DNA from: the human T2T-CHM13v2.0 reference genome, Homo sapiens
DNA: 64,000 nucleotides
Assembly (NCBI RefSeq): GCF_009914755.1
Contig: NC_060931.1
Strand: one strand, 5' to 3'
Numbering within the stretch: position 1 is the first letter of the stretch; every line of letters starts with the position of its first letter. The translations under genes were made by a program, and so were the position numbers. Below are positions 54,512-64,000 of the stretch, piece by piece. The notes below the pieces were generated by a model, which saw only the letters and a list, made by a program, of their open reading frames with translations, was not told where the DNA came from and ran no database searches.

Positions 54512-54779
54512 ATTTTTTAAGCAGAGATGAGGTCTCACCATGTTACTCAGGCCGGGTCTTGAATTCCTGAGCTCAAGTGATCCTCCTGCCTTGGCTTCCC
54601 AAAGTGCTGGGATTACAGGTGTGAGCCACCATGCCCAGCTTTTTTTAAAAATTTTTTAAGCAGAGATGAGGTCTCACCATGTTACTCATGCTGGGTCTTG
54701 AATTCCTGAGCTCAAGTGATCCTCCTGCCTTGGCTTCCCAAAGTGCTGGGATTACAGGTGTGAGCAACCGTGCCTGGCT
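54512..54779 (-). repeat. Tandem duplication of an Alu monomer (period 139 bp)
   Basis: Copies 54512-54640 and 54651-54779 share private variants (AAGCAGAGATGAGG, TTACTCA, TTGAATTCCTGAGCTC). Confidence 0.85.
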
Positions 54780-55074
54780 CCTTGGGAGAAATTGAAAATG
54801 TGAGTGTGTGAAGTATCTTTCCTCTCCCAAAACCCAATCTCTCACTTTTGGCATGTGAGGAGTGTTTGGGTATTTGAGGCTAACTCTCCTTATTCATGTC
54901 TTACTGGGAGTTTAGGAGAGGATCCTGCATGAGGAGCAATATTAGAAATAGGAGGTGTCTCCAGTTCCCTCATTTTATATGCAGAAAGAAAGACTCAGAA
55001 ACAGAAAGTCATTTGCACCTTTATGCAATGACATAAAGACATAAACCTTTATGCAATGCAGAGAGAGAGATGGA

Positions 55075-55216
55075 CATTGGGTACGGTGTACACTGCTCGG
55101 GTATTGGATGCATAAAAATATCAGAAATCACCACTAAAGAACTTATCCAAGTAACCAAAAACCACCTGTTCCCCAAAAACTATATAAATAAAAAATTTGA
55201 AAAAACTATTAGAAAA
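55075..55216 (+). mobile_element. Short 5'-truncated L1 (L1PB-like) 3' end
   Basis: GTACACTGCTCGGGT...GAAATCACCACTAAAGAACTTATCCAAGTAACCAAAAACCACCTGTTCCCCAAAAAC with A-rich tail; TSD AGAGAGAGAGATGGA at 55060-55074 and 55217-55231. Confidence 0.8.
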
Positions 55217-55535
55217 AGAGAGAGAGATGGAAACAAGCTTATAGATAATGTAATTACTTGGTTTTACAGAAGCAGAAGTCACAAGTTGCCCACCCAAAGT
55301 CATGTGGCAGTAATAATACCATTGAGTCCTCACCATGCTTCAGGCACTGGGCTATTTTATTTGTTTGTTTATTTATTTATTTTGAGACAGAGTCTTGCTC
55401 TGTCACCGAGGGTGGAGTGTAGTGGCGCCATCTCAGCTCACTGCAACCTTGGCCTACTGGGTTCAGGTGGTTCTCCTGCCTCAGATTACAGGCACCCACC
55501 ACCACGCCTGGCTAATTTTTGTATTTTTAGTATAG

Positions 55536-55700
<165 letters not shown>

Positions 55701-55872
55701 TAGATAATATTATTGCCTCCATTTTTTTTCCATTTATTTATTTATTTAGAGATGGGGTCTTTCTATGTTGCCCAGTCTGGAGTGTGGTGGCTATTCACAG
55801 GTGCAATCATAGCAAACTGAAGCATGGAACTCCTGGGCTCAACTGATCCTCTTGCTTCAGCCTCCCAAGTAG

Positions 55873-56289
<417 letters not shown>

Positions 56290-57272
56290 TAGCCAGGATG
56301 GTCTTGATCTCTTGACCTCGTGATCCGCCCGCCTTGGCCTCCCAAAGTGCTGGGATTACAGGCGTGAGCCACCACGCCTGGCCACGCCCGGCTAATGTTT
56401 TGTATTTTTAGGAGAGATGGGGTTTCACCGTGCTAGTCAGGATGGTCTCGATCTCCTGATCTCGTGATCTGCCCGCCTCAGCCTCCCAAAGTGCTGGAAT
56501 TACAGGCATGAGCTACCGCACCCAGCCATTTTATAGATTTTTAAAGCTGAGGCGGAGAGTAGTAAAGCAACTTGCCCAGGTGAGTCAGACAGCTGGCACA
56601 AAGCAGAACTGGGGATTAAACTTGGGTAGATTAACACTCTTAACCATTAGGCTCCTGTGCCTCCCAGCAAGCCACTGGCATTACAGATAAAGAGCTCAAA
56701 TGAGCAGACCTAAGTTTAGTCTCCAGTCACTCAAAAATTACTTGTTTTAACCAAGAACTGAAGTGCTGATATTGTACAAACTCTTGCATGAAAGTAAAAA
56801 CAGATACACTGAACAGTTTATATTAATGATTTCACGATGCACCAGGCCAAGCCAAGAAGGTAATTGTCTCACAGTGGTAGTTTTTTTTTTTTCAACATAT
56901 ACAGCTTGAGCTTTTGCTTTAAACATGTGCACATCTGCACATGTGCATTTCTTCCTTTTGACCAGCAAGCAGAGAGATACCTCCACACCACCTGAATATC
57001 CATTTGCCCATCAACCATTCAGTGGGTTCGGCATCCATTGAAAAATCTTTGCCTGAATCAGCCATGCTATTCAAAATGTGGACTTTCCAACTCTATCTTG
57101 TCCCTATACTCACCAGCTGGCAATCTTCTAGTAAATAGTTTCGTTTTTCTTTGTTTTGTTTCTTGCCCACTTCCTCTCTCTGCTCAATAGTGTTTTTTTT
57201 TCTTTTCTTTTTTTTTTTAAAGAGCTTTCTCCATCAACTACAGGTTATTTGACTATTTTGAAATACAGTTCC

Positions 57273-57307
57273 ATCGCTTCTCAGCCTTTTAGCTAGGATC
57301 ACATGCA
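57273..57307 (+). pseudogene. 3'-truncated U2 snRNA retrocopy
   Basis: ATCGCTTCTCAGCCTTTTAGCTAGGATCA matches the U2 5' end (ATCGCTTCTCGGCCTTTTGGCTAAGATCA). TSD AAATAYAGTTCC at 57261-57272 and 57308-57319. Confidence 0.85.
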
Positions 57308-57467
57308 AAATATAGTTCCTACTGGAAATGATAAATGCTTAATTATTTCCTTTAATTGCCAATTTCAGAATAAGGTGTTTGTAAAACAGCTCCAAAGGTG
57401 GAATATGAAGCTTTTCGATGATATAACTGAAAGGGATTTTCACTTAGAGTCCCTTTCCACTTACATA

Positions 57468-57918
57468 CTGTGGTGTTATGATATTCTTGTACCCATTTTC
57501 GTCCAGGTTCCTGGCTGATAACTCCCCATAGGCCTTGTTACAGTCTTTTGTTATAATGTTAGGTGTGTTAGGCTTCTTGCAGGCCTCAGGCCTCTTTGAC
57601 CTTCTCCTCTACTCCTTTCACTTGACCCAAGGCAGGACTCAATACTATTCCCCTGCCTTTCTGATTGTGGGTCATAAGACCCTCATTCCAGAGAGGCCAA
57701 TCACATTTCCAAATAATTGTCCATAAAAACCCAGGAGGACTGGGTTCACAGAGTTTTCAGATAGCTAATACTTGGAGGTTCCTGGAGGGTGGCTTGCCCA
57801 GGGAGGGCATGGAAGCTCCACACCCCTTCCCCCATACCATATATTTTGTAATGTTTCTTTGAGTTTTGTGAGCTGCTCCAGCAAATTTATTAAACCCAAA
57901 GTGGTGGATGTGGGAATG
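57468..57918 (+). mobile_element. MER21-like LTR relic
   Basis: TGTGGTGTTATGATA start; GGAGGTTCCTGGAGGGTGG...GGAGGGCATGGAAGCTCC motif typical of MER21. Confidence 0.6.
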
Positions 57919-58689
57919 CCCAAAGCACTAGGGTTATAGGCATGAGCTATCTCTTCTTTTTAATATTATTACTGTTATTTTTTGAGACAGAGTCTGGCTC
58001 TGTCTCCCAGGCTGGAGTGCAGTGGCACAGTCTCTGCTAACTGCAACTTCTCCTCCTGGGTTCAAGTTATTCTCGTGCCTCAGCCTCCCGAGTAGCTGGG
58101 ATTACAGGCGCCTGCCACCATGCCCAACTAATGTTTGTATTTTTGGTAGAGACAGGGTTTCGCCATGTTGGCCAGGCTGGTGTCAAACTCCTGACCTCTA
58201 GTGACCCACCCCTGGCCTCGGCCTCTCAAAGTGCTGAGATTACAGGCATGAGCTGTTGTGCTCGGCCAAAAATATATTTTGTGGCCTCCCCAGTACCTCA
58301 AGCCTGTAATCTCAGCACTTTGCAAAGCTGAGGTGGGAGGACTGCTTGAGCCCAGGAGTTTGAGACCTGGGCAACAAAGTGGGACCCTGTCTCTAAAAAA
58401 TTTAAAAAATTAGCTAGGTGTGGTGGTGCATGGCTGTGTCCCCACTACACAGGAGGCTGAGGCAGAAGGATCACTTGAGCACAGGAGGTCAAGGCTGCAG
58501 TGAGCAGTATTTGTGCCACTGCACTTCAGCCTGGGTGACAGAGCAAGACACTGTCTTAAAAGAAAAAAAACAACCAACCAACAAACATTTTATCACCTCA
58601 AGCACTCAGAGTAGAACACAACAAAATTAACCCATAGCATTTAGCCAGTTCTTAGGAACTAGATCTCAACACTGAAAGAGAGAAAGATC

Positions 58690-58875
58690 AACCACATTCA
58701 AAGAGAAGATAGGTAAATTAGAACATCAAAATTTACAACTTTTGTGCATTAAAGGATAATATCAACAGAGAGAAAAAACAATCCACTGAAAAGGAGAAAT
58801 ATTTAGAAATCATATGTCTAATAAGGGTCTAGTATTTAGAGTAAATAAATAACGCTTACAGTTTAAGAAAAAACA
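58690..58875 (+). mobile_element. L1 ORF2 fragment
   Basis: ATCAAAATTTACAACTTTTGTGCATTAAAGGATAATATCAACAGAG...AATCATATGTCTAATAAGGGTCTAGTAT. Confidence 0.65.
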
Positions 58876-58941
58876 AGCGGCTTGGCGCAGTGGCTCACGC
58901 CTGTAATCCCAGCACTTTGGGAGGCTGAGGCGGGCAGATCA

Positions 58942-59226
<285 letters not shown>

Positions 59227-59837
59227 TTATTAATTATTTATTATATTATTATTTATTTTATTTTTTATAGAGACAGGGTCTTACTATATTTCTCAGGCTA
59301 ATCTCAAACTTCTGGCCTGAAGTGATCCTCCTATCTTCGCCTCCCAAAGTGCTGTGATTACAGTCATGAGCCACCATACCCAGGCTATATCTCTTCCGTA
59401 GGGAGAAATCTACTGAAGTCCTTTGTTCATTTTCTAATTGTTGGTTTTTTTTTTCATTTTTTATTTAATTTTAAAAAATTGTTAGCTTTTGTTGCTGTAA
59501 AATTTTTTTTTCTTAGTTTCTTGTTTTGTTTTTGTTTTTTGGTGTTTTGGGGGCACAGGGGCTTGCTCTGTCACCTCATAGCCCACTGCAGCCTACAACT
59601 CCTGGCCTCAAGCAATCCTCCCACCTCAGCCTCCCAAAGTGCTAGAATTATATATATATATATTTTTGTAATTAGCTGGGTATGTTGGTGTGGGTCTATA
59701 ATCCTAGCTACTGTGGGAGGCTGAGGTAGGGGGATGGCTTGGGCCCAGGAATTGGAGGCTGCAGTGAGCTACAGTGGCAGCACTGCACTCCAGCCTGGGT
59801 GACAGAAGGAGACCCTGTCTCTAAAAAAAAAAAAAAA

Positions 59838-60377
59838 GCAAGATGATATATAAATGACAAATGAACATATGAAAAGATGCTCAACACCATGAGTCTTAGA
59901 GAAATGCAAATTAAAACCACAATGAGATACCACTTTACACCTACTAAGATGGCTACTATAACGTTGAAAAAAGAACAATCAATGACAGGTATTGAAAAGG
60001 ATATGGAGAAATTGGAATCTTCATACACTGCTAGTGGGAATGTAAACTGGTGCACCTTCTCTGGAAAGCAGATGGGCAGTTCCTCAAAAACTTAAACAGA
60101 GAATTACTGTATGACCCAGCAATCCCATTCCTAGGTATATACCGAAGGGAAACATATGTTTGTTCACATGAAAACTTGTATGCAAATGTATATAGCAGCA
60201 TTGTTCATGATAGCCAAAAAGTTGAAATATTTCAAATGTTTATCAGTTGATGCATGGATAAAAAACTGTGGTATGTCCATACAATGAAATACTATTTAGT
60301 CATAAAAAGGAATGAAATACTGTTACATGGTCCATCATGGATGAACCTTGAAAACATTATGCCAAGCGAAGGAAGCC

Positions 60378-60390
<13 letters not shown>
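59838..60390 (+). mobile_element. Old L1 (L1M-type) ORF2 end / 3' UTR fragment
   Basis: GAAATGCAAATTAAAACCACAATGAGATACCAC...GACCCAGCAATCCCATTCCTAGGTATATACC; ORF 59877..60095 REMQIKTTMRYHFTP is the L1 ORF2 C-terminus. Confidence 0.85.
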
Positions 60391-61235
<845 letters not shown>

Positions 61236-61316
61236 TGACCTCCTGACCTCAGGTGATCCGCCTGCCTTGGCCTCCCAAAGTGCTGGGATTACAGGCATGA
61301 GCCACTGCACCCAGCC

Positions 61317-62065
<749 letters not shown>

Positions 62066-62314
62066 AGCAACTTCAGGAGCAGAGGTACCCTTGCAGAGCA
62101 GAGAGAAAATTCACAGTATCTTTAAACACCTTGGTAGGACTGACTTTGGTCTGTCAGTCGCCAAAATGATACCATCTGGGGAGTGTAGAAAAGACCTCTC
62201 TGCTTAATTTATTCTCAACTTTTCCACTTTACTGAGACTCGTGGTTAATCATCAGCAAACCCCCCTGGTGTCCTCTATCTCCTCTTTAAATAGTTCATTC
62301 ACCTTGCTGTAGCT

Positions 62315-62536
62315 CAGAGATTCTCACCTGGAAGCAATTTTTCCTACCTCCCCAGAGGACATTTGGCAACGTTTGGAGGTATTTTTAGCTGTCACAACTG
62401 GAGATGGTGCTACTGACATCTAGTGGGTAGAGGCCAGGGATGCTGTTAAACACCTTACAAGGACAATGTACAGGATGGCCCCTCACAGCAAAGGATTATC
62501 AGACCCAGATGGCAATGGCCAAATTGAGAAACCCTG
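62315..62536. mobile_element. MER20 DNA transposon (hAT-Charlie)
   Basis: CAGAGATTCTCA...GGACATTTGGCAA...ATCTAGTGGGTAGAGGCCAGGGATGCTG...TTGAGAAACCCTG. Confidence 0.8.
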
Positions 62537-63739
62537 ACTCTTTTCTGTAGGCACTACTTCCTCTTTAGCCCTCTCAGATCATCTGTGTTTTCTCATACCA
62601 CTGGGTTTGGAGGCGGAGTGGGAGTCTTTTTCCTTTCTTATTGCTGCTTGCAAACAATTCTCCCTCCCCAAATCCTTAAAAAAGCCCAGCTTAACTTTGA
62701 ATTTTACATCATCAGACATTATCACCCACTACCTCTCCTTACTGCAGTCATCTACAGATTTTCACTCCTTTCATTGTCATTCTCTCCAACACTAAAACCA
62801 TCTTAAACCTTGGTGACTTCATCATCCACACAGATGATCCTTCCAACATCTTGGACTCTCAGTTCCTTGTATTCCACTCCTGCAGGGAGTACGACTCTCC
62901 ACCACAGTCACTTCCTCACCTACATTGCCATAATTGCCATCATCTGAATTCCACTTTCTGAGCACTACATCCTATCATTTTAGCCCACTCCCTATAGTAG
63001 GTTTATTTCAACAAATTTTTGATCTCATTAGGTAGTGAGTGATAATGTCTGATGATGTCATTAGGACAACCAATCCATCAATCAACTGCATAGTATTTAT
63101 ACTATGAAAATCAGCAAATCTACAAATTAGTGTTCTTTTCCTCTTTCTTTCAGAAAGCTAGTTGTTAAACATTTAACTCTTGTGTATTCATGGGATATAC
63201 CTTAAGCAATCTATGTATGTGTGTGTATGTATATATATGTATGTATATATGTACACATATATAAAATGTTGCTTTGCACATTTAAACATTTTATATACCT
63301 GGTTTACTATAGTATGTTTTCTGATATAACTTTCCCTCCACAGCATTTAGGTTATGAGATGCATTCATGTTGATATGTGTAACTCTGGATTACTGTTTTT
63401 TTGTTTTGTTTTGTTTTGTTTTTGAGACAGAGTCTCACTCTGTTGCCCAGGCTGGAGTGCAGTGGCATGATCTCAGTTCATTGCAGCCTCTGCCTCCCAG
63501 ATTCAAGTGATCTTCCCACCTCAGCCTCCTGAGTGGCTGGGACTATAGGCCTGCACCACCGTGCCTGGCTAATTTTTGTATTTTTAGTAGAGAAGCAGTT
63601 TCGCCATGTTGGCCAGGCTGGTCTGGAACTCCTGACCTCAGGTGATCCGCCCGCCTTGGCCTCTCAAAGTGCTAGGACTACAGGTATGAGCCAAGGTGTT
63701 GGCTGGTTCATTCATTTTTACTGTTCTGCCCTACACGGC

Positions 63740-63999
<260 letters not shown>

Positions 64000-64000
64000 G

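Noticed and set aside
59877-60250. L1 ORF2-like ORFs as an active element
   Set aside because: Short, frameshifted old L1 fragment.

Overview
Primate (human-like) genomic DNA, very Alu-dense, with no prokaryotic features. It contains the complete TRA2A gene (transformer-2 alpha splicing factor) on the minus strand. Eight coding exons (849 nt, 282 aa) were rebuilt by hand from GT/AG boundaries. The gene also has a 306-nt GAA-rich poison exon in intron 1, a CpG-island promoter with CRE, GC-box and YY1 motifs, and a 3' UTR with canonical and variant poly(A) signals. Downstream of the gene are a CpG-rich processed RPS2 pseudogene (probably RPS2P32) and a Y3 RNA retrocopy. Upstream are a truncated U2 snRNA retrocopy and LTR, L1, L2 and MER20 relics. 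Almost all ORFs in the track are Alu translations. The least explained observations are: (1) a 103-bp segment beside the poison exon, copied 2.4 kb away, whose ends resemble C/D-box RNA ends and which carries an RBFOX motif only in the original; (2) a perfect 68-bp AT-rich palindrome fused to a 34-bp minisatellite; (3) a 179-bp inverted duplication; (4) an Alu>LTR10>Alu nest with phased p53-like half-sites. I found no convincing new multi-gene system. Repeat family names come from recalled consensus sequences and need RepeatMasker confirmation.
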